Of a stretch of 64,000 nt of DNA, positions 50,950 through 60,620 are shown in pieces (position 1 is the stretch's first letter; every line of letters starts with the position of its first letter). A program made the translations under genes and the position numbers. The stretch lies in contig NC_043009.1 of the NCBI RefSeq assembly GCF_006345805.1, positions 54,808,001 to 54,872,000 of the forward strand, read 5' to 3'. A model generated the notes under the pieces. It did no database searches and was not told the origin of the DNA. It worked only from the letters and a program-made list of their open reading frames with translations. The DNA comes from Octopus sinensis (Eukaryota).

Positions 50950-51440
50950 ATATATACAATGGATTTCTTTCAGTTTCTGTCTACTAAATCCACTCACAAG
51001 GCTTTGGTCAGCCTGAGGGTATAGTAGAAGACACTTGCCCAAGGTGCCACACAGTTGAAATTACACACTTGTAATTTCAATATGGAAATCCAGGGAACAT
51101 TAAAAAAACATTTAAAAAAATGTAGTTGGTAAGCAAGCTATTTACCACACAGCCACTCCTGTCAATAGAGTTTTTCTCTTTTTTTGTACATTGGGAGGAA
51201 GTGGCTACATTTAAACACAAGTACATTGGTAAGTATGAGGGTTAAATTTGATAACCACTTGAATTTTGTGTCAGTTTCATATTGAACTTACAAGAAAGAT
51301 ATAATACTTACTGAATTGTTTCGATGATAGTAGGACAACACAGGAAGACGGCCCCTGCTTCGGAACTTAGAGCTACCAACAAGAACTGGTGTGGTAGCTG
51401 ATGCTGGGACGTACAAGAAGCGGGGATAAGTATCACAGAT
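2179..51440 (-). CDS. MTMR6: Myotubularin-related PI3P/PI(3,5)P2 3-phosphatase, MTMR6/7/8 subfamily; 10 coding exons in window, 5' part missing
   Basis: Exons 51312-51440, 43942-44076, 19701-19833, 15008-15117, 12931-13053, 12323-12576, 10051-10191, 6411-6537, 4179-4610 and 2179-2346 join in frame (1752 nt) with GT-AG boundaries. Motifs include [91 protein letters not shown] and [12 protein letters not shown]. The symbol is approximate: probably co-orthologous to vertebrate MTMR6/7/8. Confidence 0.95.
3420..3840 (+). mobile_element. Decayed 3' end of RTE-like LINE (family C): ORF end, degenerate 3' UTR units, (GAT)n tail
   Basis: gtgcttgagaag ORF-end motif, ggagtggttggcgctaggaagagcatc and gatgatgat tail; about 42-bp internal repeats at 3450-3550. 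Confidence 0.65.
4179..4610 (-). CDS. MTMR6: MTMR6-like exon: coiled-coil end, Ser-rich linker and first half of FYVE-like domain ([22 protein letters not shown])
   Basis: 432 nt open frame, tttctttcag acceptor, gtaaca donor, phase 0/0. Confidence 0.88.
6411..6537 (-). CDS. MTMR6: MTMR6-like exon ([42 protein letters not shown]), start of coiled coil
   Basis: 127 nt, ctttgtag acceptor, gtaagt donor, phase 2/0. Confidence 0.92.
6670..6901. mobile_element. About 230-bp MITE with TTAA ends and C(C/T)CTTTAGCA terminal inverted repeats (piggyBac-like)
   Basis: ttaactctttagca...tgctaaagggttaa; related copies at 13863-14090 (opposite orientation) and 44225-44428. Confidence 0.75.
6921..7308 (-). 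mobile_element. tRNA-derived SINE family A, near full length
   Basis: A-box-like TGGCTGTGTGG and B-box-like GGTTCAGTCC in the head, central (TA)/(TG) tract, tail cagtcaaatgactgaaacaa; many copies in window. Confidence 0.85.
7634..7862 (+). mobile_element. SINE family B with 12-bp TSD
   Basis: aaggcggcgagctggcagaa...gagttcaaattccgcc...aataaagaaataag flanked by AGATTAGACACT (7622-7633, 7863-7874). Confidence 0.88.
8285..9705 (+). mobile_element. SINE A split by a family C LINE 3' fragment (8469-9492) inserted in its central (TA)n
   Basis: SINE head 8285-8468, insert ends in (GAT)n at about 9492, SINE tail resumes gtttgtccccccaacatcgcttgacaac and runs to about 9705. Confidence 0.88.
10051..10191 (-). 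CDS. MTMR6: MTMR6-like exon ([26 protein letters not shown]...[10 protein letters not shown])
   Basis: 141 nt, ctacag acceptor, gtatgt donor, phase 2/2. Confidence 0.92.
10630..11960 (+). repeat. Chain of SINE B fragments separated by (TAT/CAT)n tracts, including a 289-bp-period tandem duplication and a 450-bp (TAT/CAT)n microsatellite (11275-11722)
   Basis: Identical ~165-bp segment starting at 10821 and 11110; poly-I/Y/H ORFs here are artefacts. Confidence 0.85.
12323..12576 (-). CDS. MTMR6: MTMR6-like exon ([19 protein letters not shown]...[18 protein letters not shown])
   Basis: 254 nt, tatttcag acceptor, gtatga donor, phase 0/2. Confidence 0.95.
12931..13053 (-). CDS. MTMR6: MTMR6-like catalytic exon ([41 protein letters not shown])
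   Basis: 123 nt, intact CX5R motif CSDGWDR, tattttgaag acceptor, gtgagt donor, phase 0/0. Confidence 0.95.
13331..13732 (-). mobile_element. SINE family A, full length
   Basis: Collinear with 6921-7308 and 59712-60118. Confidence 0.87.
13863..14090. mobile_element. TTAA MITE copy (piggyBac-like)
   Basis: ttaaccctttagcatt...aatgctaaagagttaa. Confidence 0.75.
14134..14335 (+). mobile_element. Family C LINE 3' terminal fragment
   Basis: One repeat unit, then ggagtggttggcgttaggaagggcatccagctgtagaaac...ggacgttaaacgatgatgat. Confidence 0.85.
15008..15117 (-). CDS. MTMR6: MTMR6-like exon ([37 protein letters not shown])
   Basis: 110 nt, tttttcag acceptor, gtaaat donor, phase 1/0. Confidence 0.94.
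15765..16120 (+). mobile_element. SINE family A, 5' end slightly truncated
   Basis: High similarity to other family A copies. Confidence 0.85.
16340..16512 (-). mobile_element. tRNA-headed SINE family E fragment
   Basis: Reverse strand gtgaaagtgcatggcttagtggttaagg...ttcttgagcaaaatacttcatttc...gctccagtccactcagctg; related pieces at about 5330-5510, 22680-22930 and 46190-46470. Confidence 0.7.
17198..17460 (-). mobile_element. Family C LINE 3' fragment
   Basis: Reverse complement of 14134-14335 plus one more repeat unit. Confidence 0.85.
19090..19681. mobile_element. Non-autonomous DNA transposon with TA TSD (Tc1/mariner/pogo-type), containing a nested family C fragment at about 19405-19520
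   Basis: TA|CCATAAATCCTCGAGTATAATACGCA ... TGCGGATTATACACGAGGATTTATGG|TA; second copy in opposite orientation at 28391-28902. Confidence 0.85.
19701..19833 (-). CDS. MTMR6: MTMR6-like exon ([44 protein letters not shown])
   Basis: 133 nt, ttgtag acceptor, gtattt donor, phase 0/1. Confidence 0.94.
20330..20745 (+). mobile_element. Decayed RLE-type (R4/Dong/NeSL-like) non-LTR retrotransposon, part 1
   Basis: Frameshifted WLKSPGL...KTEGL...[25 protein letters not shown], the region preceding the CCHC knuckle; the 5' boundary is approximate. Confidence 0.65.
20840..21540 (+). mobile_element. L1/Tx1-like LINE 3' fragment
   Basis: Decayed zinc-knuckle region [14 protein letters not shown] followed by ORF 20906-21388 ([20 protein letters not shown]...ERWVKVTKM) and an A-rich end; family assignment from recognition only. 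Confidence 0.5.
21692..22140 (+). mobile_element. Decayed RLE-type non-LTR retrotransposon, part 2 (CCHC knuckle and restriction-like endonuclease)
   Basis: [17 protein letters not shown]...YMHRHDQI...QTDREIKAN...MLIDIMIP...EKLSKYKD, matching the CCHC plus PD-(D/E)xK layout. Confidence 0.75.
22224..22610 (+). mobile_element. SINE family A, full length
   Basis: Head, (TA)(TG) tract and tail all present. Confidence 0.87.
22960..23420 (+). mobile_element. RTE-clade LINE 3' fragment (post-RT region)
   Basis: [34 protein letters not shown]...KLRWSGHV...[19 protein letters not shown], with frameshifts. Confidence 0.85.
25447..25675 (+). mobile_element. Mariner-derived MITE (229 bp) retaining the transposase C-terminus
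   Basis: TA TSD; terminal inverted repeats TTGGGTTGGTGCATAATTA / TAATTATGCACCAACCCAA; internal [20 protein letters not shown] resembles the mariner C-terminal motif. Confidence 0.88.
25830..26212 (-). mobile_element. SINE family A, diverged
   Basis: Recognisable tail, core and head. Confidence 0.75.
27085..27850 (+). mobile_element. Decayed RTE-like LINE 3' fragment interrupted by SINE D
   Basis: Residual [23 protein letters not shown]; sequence is continuous once 27191-27517 is removed. Confidence 0.6.
27191..27504 (-). mobile_element. tRNA-derived SINE family D (314 bp) with 13-bp TSD
   Basis: Head GGATGCGCAATGGCCCAGTGGTTAGG...GGTTTCGATTCC; TSD ACTCAAGATCCTA at 27178-27190 and 27505-27517; internal GTGATGGACTAGCGTCCCGTCCAG recalls a V-SINE core (unverified). 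Confidence 0.88.
27900..28210 (+). mobile_element. Family C LINE 3' end including ORF terminus
   Basis: ggtctcagaggtaatgacaagtgac...gctgtgcttgagaagac (AVLEKT), then repeat units and tail. Confidence 0.7.
28391..28902. mobile_element. Second copy of the TA-TSD MITE, opposite orientation
   Basis: TA|CCATAAATCCTCAAGTATAAT ... ACTCAAGGATTTATGG|TA; internal segments match 19090-19681. Confidence 0.85.
30167..30265. repeat. Perfect palindrome with 49-bp arms and 1-nt centre (30216)
   Basis: tatctataaaataatatg...ataaaactc T gagttttat...catattattttatagata. Confidence 0.95.
31201..31640 (+). mobile_element. SINE family A, diverged, with internal (CTAA)n and (TAAA)n
   Basis: Head ataggcacaggtatggctgcatggttaag and recognisable tail. 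Confidence 0.7.
32600..33290 (-). mobile_element. RTE (BovB-like) reverse transcriptase fragment, decayed
   Basis: [27 protein letters not shown]...CTRLDKKL...[16 protein letters not shown], a degenerate GxKQGCVLAPxLF and FADD region. Confidence 0.8.
33737..33870. repeat. 27-bp minisatellite, about 5 copies (gtgtgcatgcatgcagagtgtgtgtga)
   Basis: Read directly; yields a 9-aa periodic ORF. Confidence 0.9.
34945..35400 (-). mobile_element. Family C LINE 3' region: RTE-like ORF end directly followed by degenerate 60-67-bp units
   Basis: Reverse strand reads as decayed [14 protein letters not shown]...VEG...GRLRKT...AMLEKT, then gctgtggccagtgctggtgacatgtaaaaaacaccc units. Confidence 0.7.
38107..38336 (+). 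mobile_element. SINE family B with 18-bp TSD
   Basis: TAAGAAATAGCCAAATCA at 38089-38106 and 38337-38354. Confidence 0.9.
38638..41515 (+). repeat. 67-bp tandem array, 43 units, about 60% GC, 6-7 CpG per unit
   Basis: Unit ccgcctcgactggcttctgtaccggtggcacataaaaagcaccatccgaacgtggccgatgccagca; units counted by anchor. Confidence 0.97.
41516..41724 (+). mobile_element. Family C LINE 3' terminus contiguous with the 67-bp array
   Basis: cccactacactcgcggagtggttggcgttaggaagggcatccagctgtagaaac...ggacgttaaacgatgatgatgatgat. Confidence 0.9.
43471..43700 (-). mobile_element. Family C LINE 3' fragment
   Basis: catcatcatcgtttaacgtccgctttccatgctagc... reverse of the family tail. Confidence 0.83.
43942..44076 (-). 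CDS. MTMR6: MTMR6-like exon ([45 protein letters not shown])
   Basis: 135 nt, ctttgttag acceptor, gtaagg donor, phase 0/0. Confidence 0.94.
44225..44428. mobile_element. TTAA MITE copy (piggyBac-like)
   Basis: ttaaccctttagcattt...gaatgctaaagagtgaa; collinear with 6670-6901. Confidence 0.7.
50695..51160 (-). mobile_element. SINE family A with B-box region replaced by a ~70-bp filler
   Basis: ccaaggtgccacacagt | filler 51056-51124 | gttggtaagcaagctatttaccacacagccactcct. Confidence 0.78.
51312..51440 (-). CDS. MTMR6: MTMR6-like exon ([43 protein letters not shown])
   Basis: 129 nt, ttttccag acceptor, gtaagt donor, phase 0/0; missed by the ORF track because it is short. Confidence 0.93.
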
Positions 51441-52359
51441 CTGGAAAACAAAAGCAACATTGACATAAATATTTCAGTGAAAAATTAATTAACCAAACAT
51501 TGGTAATTTAATGATTAAAAAAAAAAAGAAAGTGAAGCCCAAAGATATCTTTTATCTTTTAATTGTTTCAGTCATTTGACTGTGACCATGCTGGGGCACT
51601 GCCTTGAATTACTTAATTGAACAAATTGACCCAAATATTATTTTATAAGTCTGATATATTTATTCTATCAATCACTTTTGCCAAACTACTAATTTATGAG
51701 GATGGAAACAAACTAACACCAGTTCTCGAAGGCACACCCACACACACATACATACAGGCTTCTACACAGTTTTCTATCTACCAGATTCATCACAAAGCAT
51801 AGTAGAAACATTTGCTTAGGATGCTATACCGTGAGACTTGAACCCAAAAGCATATGGTTGCAAATAAGCTTCTTAATCACTGAGTCATACTTGTAATTTC
51901 AATATGGAAATCTTGGGATCATTAAAAAAACTAGTTTCCATTGAAGAACACTTAGAGAATATTGACATAGGGGAAACTGTATCGGTTTTATAAACTGGAC
52001 TAGTTTGGTTTCAGGCCTATTTGCAACTGTCAGTTTTACCAACGATGGCAAATTGATTATTGGTCTTTGTGAAAACCACAGTTGTTTCCCAATCTAAAGT
52101 AATCAAAACACTAAGTGTTTATTGTCCATGAATTGTTTTCCTATATATATATATATATGTTGAAAGAAATCAATCACCAGCTTCTACTGAAACACAATCC
52201 ATACTTTAAGAGACAATTAATACATAAAGGCAGCAATCACTCAATATAAAGCAATAACAAGTCTTCATTCAATATTGCTGCTCTTATTATCCATGTCATC
52301 ATTAAGGTGATAAGCTGTCAGAATTGTTACTGCACCAGGCAAAATGCTTAGCAGCATTT

Positions 52360-52783
52360 ATTATTTCTTTATTGCCCACAAGGGGCTACACATAGAGGGG
52401 ACAAACAAGGACAGACAAAAGGATTAAGTCGATTACATCGACCCCAGTGCGTAACTGGTACTTACTTAATCGACCCAGAAAGGATGAAAGGCTAAGTCGA
52501 CCTCAGCGGAATTTGAACTCAGAATGTAAAGACAGAAGAAATACCTATTTCTTTACTACCCACAACAGTCTAAACACAGAGAGGACAAACAAGGACAGAT
52601 AAACGGATTAAGTTGATTATATTGACCCCAGTGCATAACTGGTACTTATTTAAAATCAACCCAGAAAGGATGAAAGGCTAAGTCGACCTTGGCAGAATTT
52701 GAACTCAGAACGTAAAGACAGAAGAAATACCACTAAGCATTTCGCCCGGCGTGCAAACGTTTCTGCCAGCTTACTTCCTTCAG
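52360..52783 (-). mobile_element. Head-to-tail SINE B dimer inserted into an older plus-strand SINE B
   Basis: 18-bp TSD AAATGCTTAGCAGCATTT at 52342-52359 and 52784-52801. Confidence 0.85.
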
Positions 52784-54974
52784 AAATGCTTAGCAGCATT
52801 TTTTTCAGCTCTTTACACTCTAAATTAAAATTCTGCCAAGGTTGACTTTGCCTTTCATCATTCCTGAGTTGATAAAATAAAGTACCAGTTGAGCACTGGG
52901 GTCAACATAATCGCCTAACCTACACCCTTAATATAGCAAACCTTGTGCCAAAATTTGAAATAATTATTCATGTCATCATTGGTGTCATTGCTTAGTATCA
53001 GATTCTAAATAATGGTCTGACATTTTCCTCCATGACTGCATAAGAGGTTTGGTTTTATATCTGGATTTCCTTGCTACTAAACACTAAATAACAAAGTAGG
53101 AGGGGGAGACTATGTTTTTGCAGGAGTTAATCATAAGCTTTGCTTCATGATTTGCTCACTTTGTTTAGAACTACAGCTCACTGGTTTTGCTGAGAGGCAC
53201 AACATCATGACTTAAGTGAGAGGCACAACACACTGTTGATTGTAAGATCTGATGAACATCTGATTGTAAGATCTGATGAACATTAAACTTGTAACCACAT
53301 TGGTATAGGCTGGACAAACGATGATTAAACAATAGCTTCTTTGGAAAAAAAGAAAACAATCTGCAATAGAGAAGCATTCTGTGCAAAGACAGATTTATCG
53401 TTCATCCACTTAATGCCATGGAAACCAGAAACAATTACCACTGTTACCATGGATATTTGGGATTCAGAAAATAATTTGCAGATTAAAAGAGGCTTCAGTT
53501 CAGAAATTAGGAGAAGTATGAAGCTATTCCTTAGTCATCATTACTCTTAGGTCTGCTCGAACTTATGTCAAGGGCAACAGTTATGGATCAAACAACAGTA
53601 AAATGGTTCTACAGCTAAGACATGCATAACTCAGAGAAGAGCTGAACCCTAGCCATGTATCACACATGTCCACCAGAACATGACCATGCCTTGATGTCAA
53701 ATAAACCAACATTTTTCCCACCTAAGGATTAAATAAACCCTGTGCCTCAAAGATAAGCTCAAGAGAGCAGAAAACTAGCAGAGCAAACCACTCTTGTGTC
53801 TTACCCAATGATTACCAATATGCATGACAGATGAAGACAGAGAGAAATAGTCAAAATTATCCAATGTGTTCATTTTTTCTTTTAAATCTTTTAGCCTTCA
53901 AATTTTTTCTATCAAATGTTGTCATCATAGAAGAAAGTGCCAATGGTGTGGATTTGTTTAATATGGGTCTCAACTTGCCAAGAAGTGACCCACATACTTG
54001 GTTTCATGACCTTCCTCTGTGCTACATATAGAATGATACATGCTGGATCCAGTTATGAAACAGCAACAGACTGTTACTGACCCAGTTATAGTTTTGAGTG
54101 GCATCTTCAGTAGCAAGTCTATCATGTGTAGCCCTCTTCATCCGCTGGTTCAGGCATTGATATCTGTTATAATTATAATCTGTTTGTTCCACCATTGGAG
54201 TCTTTGGGGGTTGGTTGCACCTATTCTGGGTCCTCATCCTTGACCTCAACACCACGGATAGCCCTACCAGGAGTTTAGAACTCCCAACAGCATTGCTCTC
54301 AGAGTTACTGGTCTACGCAAGCCCCCCCCCCACGTTGCTTTGAATTAATCACACATTGAGGTTTTAATGAGGTAACTGCTAATTTTTAGAATGATATTGT
54401 GGGGTTGGTGTAAGGAGCCAGGTGTGGTCAGTTTGAACATAAACCAAGTCGAATATTTTGGTGGGATATGGCCAGTTTAAATGCTAATGGGTTAAGGTGG
54501 TTGAATTTGATTTGAGGACATCTGACTGCTATTTCTAACAAATTGAGCAACTGCATAGAGGCTTCTTTGTTGGCTCATAACTGACAGCTATTACATTATT
54601 ACTGAAATTGAAGCTGTCCCTCTTGGATAAATAAACTTGTAATTAGTGGTGGGGGGATATCTATTACAGTTAGTGTAACATCACAACTGTCAATTATAAA
54701 GTATTAAACTTCTAATGGGAATTAGAACAGTCAACATATAATTCAGCAATAATTAACCTTCCACGTGCAGGAGGAAGAAAAAGAGGAGGAGAGTAATGAT
54801 GATGAGAAAGAAAAGGTAGTGGTGGTAGCAGTGGTGACAGTAGTGGTGGTAGCAGCTGCAGCAGTGGTGATATTTAATATTTACACACACACACACACAC
54901 ATGAATATATATCATCATCAATTTTACATTTGTTTCTTCATGCTGGTAAGAGTCAAATGGACTGTCATGGTTGG

Positions 54975-55300
54975 AGTCAGCTTTCATGCCGGTGGCACGT
55001 AAAAAGCACCATCCGTTCGTGGCCGTTGCCAGCCCCGCCTGGCCCCCGTGCCAGTGACACATAAAAAGCACCATCCGATCGTGGCCATTTGCCAGATTCG
55101 TCTGGCACCTGTGCCGGTGGCACGTAAAAAGCACCCACTACACTCATGGAGTGGTTGGCGTTAGGAAGGGCATCCAGCCGTAGAAACATTGCCAGATCAG
55201 ACTGGGCCTGGTGCAGCCTTCTGGCTTCCCAGACCCCAGTTACACCGTCCAACCCATGCCAGCATGGAAAGCGGACGCTAAACGATGATGATGATGATGA
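54975..55300 (+). mobile_element. Family C LINE 3' fragment with about 3 repeat units
   Basis: ggtggcacgtaaaaagcaccatccg units, family tail and (GAT)n. Confidence 0.85.
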
Positions 55301-58300
55301 TTACTGCTATACTAGATGGGCCATAGAACACGTGCTGCTTATATAATCCATATTTTTTTACATGGTTTCTACAGATAAATGGACAGATGTTCTGCCTGTC
55401 AACAACCACTTTTCAGGATGTAATTTATAATGGCACCAACACTAGAGGGATTGTCGTTCCCCAGCAAGACAAAAAGTCTGCTCTATACTGTCTTGTTTTC
55501 TGTGAATAGTAAAGAGAGTACTAAAGGATGGTCAGAGTGTGAGGATAACACAAGACTATAATTTTGGTAATAAAGTAATAGCTGTCAGTCATGAGTCAAC
55601 AAAAAAACCCTCTATGCAGTCGCTCAATTTGTTAGAAACAGCAACCAGATGTTCTTGTATCTACATCCATTCAAAGCCTCACTGTGACTCTGGTTTTATT
55701 CTAGACAAAAGAATCTTCAAACTGTTATAGTAGTGAACGAACAAAGGTTTTATTGGAAGTAGCAGGACATGGAAGAGTTTTTCTTTTCTTTTCTTTTCTT
55801 TATTTTTTTGTTTTTATTTTTAGAATTGTTGTAGCTGACGTGAATGATTTAGGTGTGTGCCAATATGTGGTTAAGAAGTTCACTTCCCAATCATGTGGTC
55901 TTGGGTTCAGTCCCACTGCACAGAACCAGAAGCAAGTGTCTTCTGACATAGCACCAGGTCAACAAAAACCTTGTTAGTGGATTTAGTACAAGGAAACTGA
56001 AAGAAACCCATTATATCTGCGTGTGTGTGTACATATATATCCCTGATTTGACATCATGTGATTATTGTAAATGAGCATCACTGTCATACAAGCCTTGCTG
56101 TCCAGAGAAAGAAAGAGACAGACAGACAGACAGAAGAGAGTGGTGTGAGAAGAAATACTGACTCATGTTTAATTTTTTTTTGACCTGAAGCAATGAAGGC
56201 AATGTGAACTCAGAGCATATAGGGCCAGAATGAATATCCTAAAGCATTTTATTCATGCTCTAATATGCGTAATATATGTACATAGGTGTGTGTGTGTACA
56301 TTACATGCAAACAGAAGAGAGAGATTGTTAGATAATTATGTTGACAGAATGCTAGGCAGATAAAATATGAGTTCAATGAAATCAATTATTTGTGCGTGTG
56401 CTCACACACATACACTTACATATGTATGTTTGCATGCATACACATGCACACATGAGAGAGAGGGGGGAAGGGGTTGACAATTTTTTTTACTAAATTTTGT
56501 TTTTCCCCAGTGAAGAACGTACCAATCAACATAAACCAGTGATTAGTGACATCAGGGTAATAGCTAGATGGATCTGGACAAGATGATGTACAGAAGGAGA
56601 GTATAAAATTTGAAAGATTCCTCAGTTTGGTCAGATGTAGATTCAAAGATGTATTGATGCATATATCATATGTTAAAGTATAGAAGCCTTACAATAATTA
56701 CTATAAGACATGTTGAAGGCCACAGACTAAAATTTGTGGAAAGAGAAAGGAGGTCCCAGTCAAGTGGAATGTGACAGGATGATGAAAAGTTATAAAAGAT
56801 AAGAAAACAGGCTTGGAAAAATGGAAGAAAAAGGGAGAGGGAGCTATGGGTTATTTTGATGACTTCTTCATTGTCGCCAAAACTGATTGGGACAGGGCAG
56901 CAATATGTTTTGGCAGGGGTGTGGTGGCAGGAGTGATTTAAATTTTAAAGTAAAATCTTCCATCAAGGTTTTATGTTGATTTAAGTTCCGAGTGCCAGTT
57001 CAGTATCAACAAAGTTGTTATGTAGAGATCTTCATTGTTAGGTAGCTAGAAGAGAAACTAGATGTCAGGTATAAATAGCAAGGGAAGAAGTAGAAATTAA
57101 GGGCTCATACATGAGAATTATAGGCATGAGGTATGCAGAGATTGCAAAGCAGTGTGTCTGTATAAATCAGGATACTGTGGGTGGAGTATTCATGTAATGA
57201 TTACAGTGCACTTGCCATTGACATTAATAAGAAGGGGTGGGTTGTGGAAATACTGTTACAAGGGGTTACTGAGTGAGGAGAATTCATGGTAGAATGAAGA
57301 ATTGCTTCATGTGAGATCCAACAGAGGAGCAAGTTATTGAAATCAACAGGTATATGATCAAAATGGCCATGAAGGACATGAAGTAAGGGAAAGCAACCAG
57401 ATCATCAGGGTTTGTTCTATCCTTCATCTTTTACTAGTTTCAATCATTGGACTGTGGCCATACTGGGGCTCTACCTTGAAGGGTTTAGTTGAACAAATCA
57501 AACCCAGTACTTACTTTTCAAGTCTGGTACTTATCTCAAACAAATTAGCACCATTTGTCAAGTAGTTGTGAGGGACAAACACAAATACATATGATGGGCT
57601 TCCACACAGTTTCCATCTACCAAATTCACTCACAAGGCACAGGTTGGCATAAGGCTATTGTAGAAGACACTTGCCTATGGTACCACACAGTGAAACTGAA
57701 TCTGAAGCTATGTCTTGGCAATGCAATGGAAAATGGAAATAGCTGGTAGAGTATGATATGCACTATTCATTCACATATTCAATCAGGTAGTACAGAAAGA
57801 TGTTATACCCAATGCCCGCCATTGCAGAAAATTCATCAGTCACTACTTCCATTTTCCCAAATAATGTAGCCCATTCAAATGTAAAATTATGGTGATGGTA
57901 CACACAAAGCCATTTAATTAATTAATATAAGTGTGCATATACACACATATATGTATAGTGTAACATATATAATACATAATATGTATTATATATAATATAT
58001 ATATAAATGTAATATAAATTATATAATATCACATATAAATATATATATAATTGAGGTAGGGGTTGTAATATATATATATATATATATATGATGATAAAAT
58101 GATATATTTACAAATACACAATGTTGGAATGAAATAGGATAATTGATTTGATAGAAAGGAGATAGACAAGGTGGGCATAGGCACACAAAAATACAACACA
58201 TGTACACACATGTATATGCACACACACACACACACGTAAACAGAATCACAGAAATACACACATAAGCACATACCCATACATTGTGTATAGGAAAGATCAA

Positions 58301-58835
58301 TAGGAATAGAGAATAAACAAAGATAGAGATAGAGAGGGGGGAAGAGAGAAGAGGGATATATAAAACAAATGAAAGAGAGAGAGAGAGACTTGTAGCATGT
58401 GTATGTGTGTGTAGAAGTGGACAAATAAATATATCTATCATATAGGAAAACTGACATTTTTACTGATGCTTGTTTTTCATCTGCACCATTGTCACCACCA
58501 CCACCACCACCACCACTACCACCATCACCATCATCATCATCATCAGTGTTATAATTAGTGACAAAAGATGAGTACAGACTTATTGTCTGGAATGGCAAAT
58601 AGTGAGAGAATGCCACTGCTGTCTTGATTTGATTTTATGAAAATATTTCTGTCCTGTAACATTATAAGCCATGACAATATAAGTCACACAGTGGGCATGG
58701 CGGGGGGTGGTGGGTGAAAACTGGAAAACTCAATACAGAGATGGCTGGATGCTTGAGGAAGGGAATAGGTAGGATAGATGTGTGTGTGTGTGTGTGTGTG
58801 CATATATATATATATACACACACGCACACACACAA

Positions 58836-58868
<33 letters not shown>

Positions 58869-59711
58869 CACACAAACATATTTTTATATTTCCCCCATTG
58901 TATATTAACTTCTCCAAACCTCTCGCCTAAAGTCATCTTTCTCCCTCCAATTTCACTTTTTAGCTCAGCAGGGTCTTTGATCTTGCAAGAAACAAGGGGA
59001 CCTCAGTAATGCTGGTGCTATACTCAGTTGAGTGGATGCTATACTCAGTTGAGTGGTTGGCAAATCAAGCAGATGCAACACAGTGCCGAGACGACTCTTC
59101 AGTTTAGTCATGAGCAAGGCAACATCTATAGTACTGGTGCAACTTAGAAATACACCCACCACATATTGTAAAGTGATTGATGTTAGGAAGGGCACCCAGT
59201 TGAAGAAACCATACCAAAACTGAGACAGTGTGGCAAAAATGTGGTCCTCTAATGCATCAGATCCTGTCCAACTGTTCAAATCCTGCCAACAAGGGAAGTG
59301 GACATAAGAAAAACTTATGACAATATATACATGTAACATATGGTATAATTATAAACATGGCTGTGTGGTTAGGGAGCTTGCTTCCTAGCTACATGGTTTC
59401 GGGTTCAGTCCCACTGCATGGCACTTTGGGTAGGTCTCTTCCACTATAGCACCGAGCCGACCGGAGCTTTGTGATTGAATTCGGTAGGTGGAAGTTACTG
59501 CCGTGTGTGTATATGTGCGTATAGCTGCTCAGTGCCTCTCCGAAAGAGAGAGAGAGGGCAAATTTTAGCCATTTCTCCGCAGACTGAAAAAAATGATGAA
59601 CAATCTTAATCACTTTTCGAATCTTATTGGGTTCTCATCAGAGGCGTCTACATCATTCTGACATACTCCAGAGAAACAAGCAGCCAAACTGTCTATATAC
59701 TCTCTTTTTTC

Positions 59712-60118
59712 TCCTTACTCTTTTACTTGTTTCAGTCATTTGACTGCAGCCATGCTGGAGCACCGCCTTTAGTCGAGCAAATCAACCCCGAGACTTATTC
59801 TTTGTAAGCCCAGTACTTATTCTATCGGCCTCTTTTTGCTGAACCGCTAAGTGACGGGGACGTAAACACACCACCATCGGTTGTCAAGCAATGCTAGGAG
59901 GACAAACACAGACACACAAACACACACATATATATATATATAATATATATATATATACGACAGGCTTCTTTCAGTTTCCGTCTACCAAATCCAGTCACAA
60001 GGCATTGGTCAGCCCGGGGCTATAGCAGAAGACACTTGCCCAAGATGCCACGCAGTGGGACTGAACCCGGAACCATGTGGCTGGTTAGCAAGCTACTTAC
60101 CACACAGCCACACCTGCG
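59712..60118 (-). mobile_element. SINE family A, full length, CpG-retaining (young)
   Basis: Close to the apparent family consensus from head to tail. Confidence 0.9.
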
Positions 60119-60620
60119 CCTATATACTCAACATATTTCTATTTAATTGTTTCAGTCAAAGGATTACAATTATGTTGGAGAACCACCTTGAAGTATTTCA
60201 GCTGACTAAATCAGCTCCAGTGATTCTTTTTTTTTCTCTTGGCAAACCATTAAGTTATGGAGACAGATATAAATCAACACAGTAGTGACAGAAAAACACA
60301 AATACAAAGATATAAACATCATGTGATTGTGTGTCTGTGTGCATGCATATATACATATATACGTACATATGTACGTACATACATACATATAAATAAATGA
60401 AAATGAGTTAAGAGAGGCCAAGAGCATGTGCTTGAACAACAAAGACAACGATGTATTAAATACCATTACAAAATCTTTGATGGGTTCTACTTCAAAGCCA
60501 TTGAAGCATGGCAGGGCCTTGTATTCTGCTTTGTCTAACTGATTTAGTTCAATGAAGCATCTAAAAAAAGATGTGATATAATGTATTTTTCTTTCTACTT
60601 GTTAATGATGCAGACGTGCC

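Noticed and set aside
56500-57420. Possible decayed LINE endonuclease region on the minus strand
   Set aside because: Strand-biased composition and faint resemblance only; no motif I can defend.
58029-58616. 195-aa ORF with DDDDDGDGGSGGGG
   Set aside because: Built from (CAT)n, (CAC)n, (GA)n and (CA)n simple repeats.
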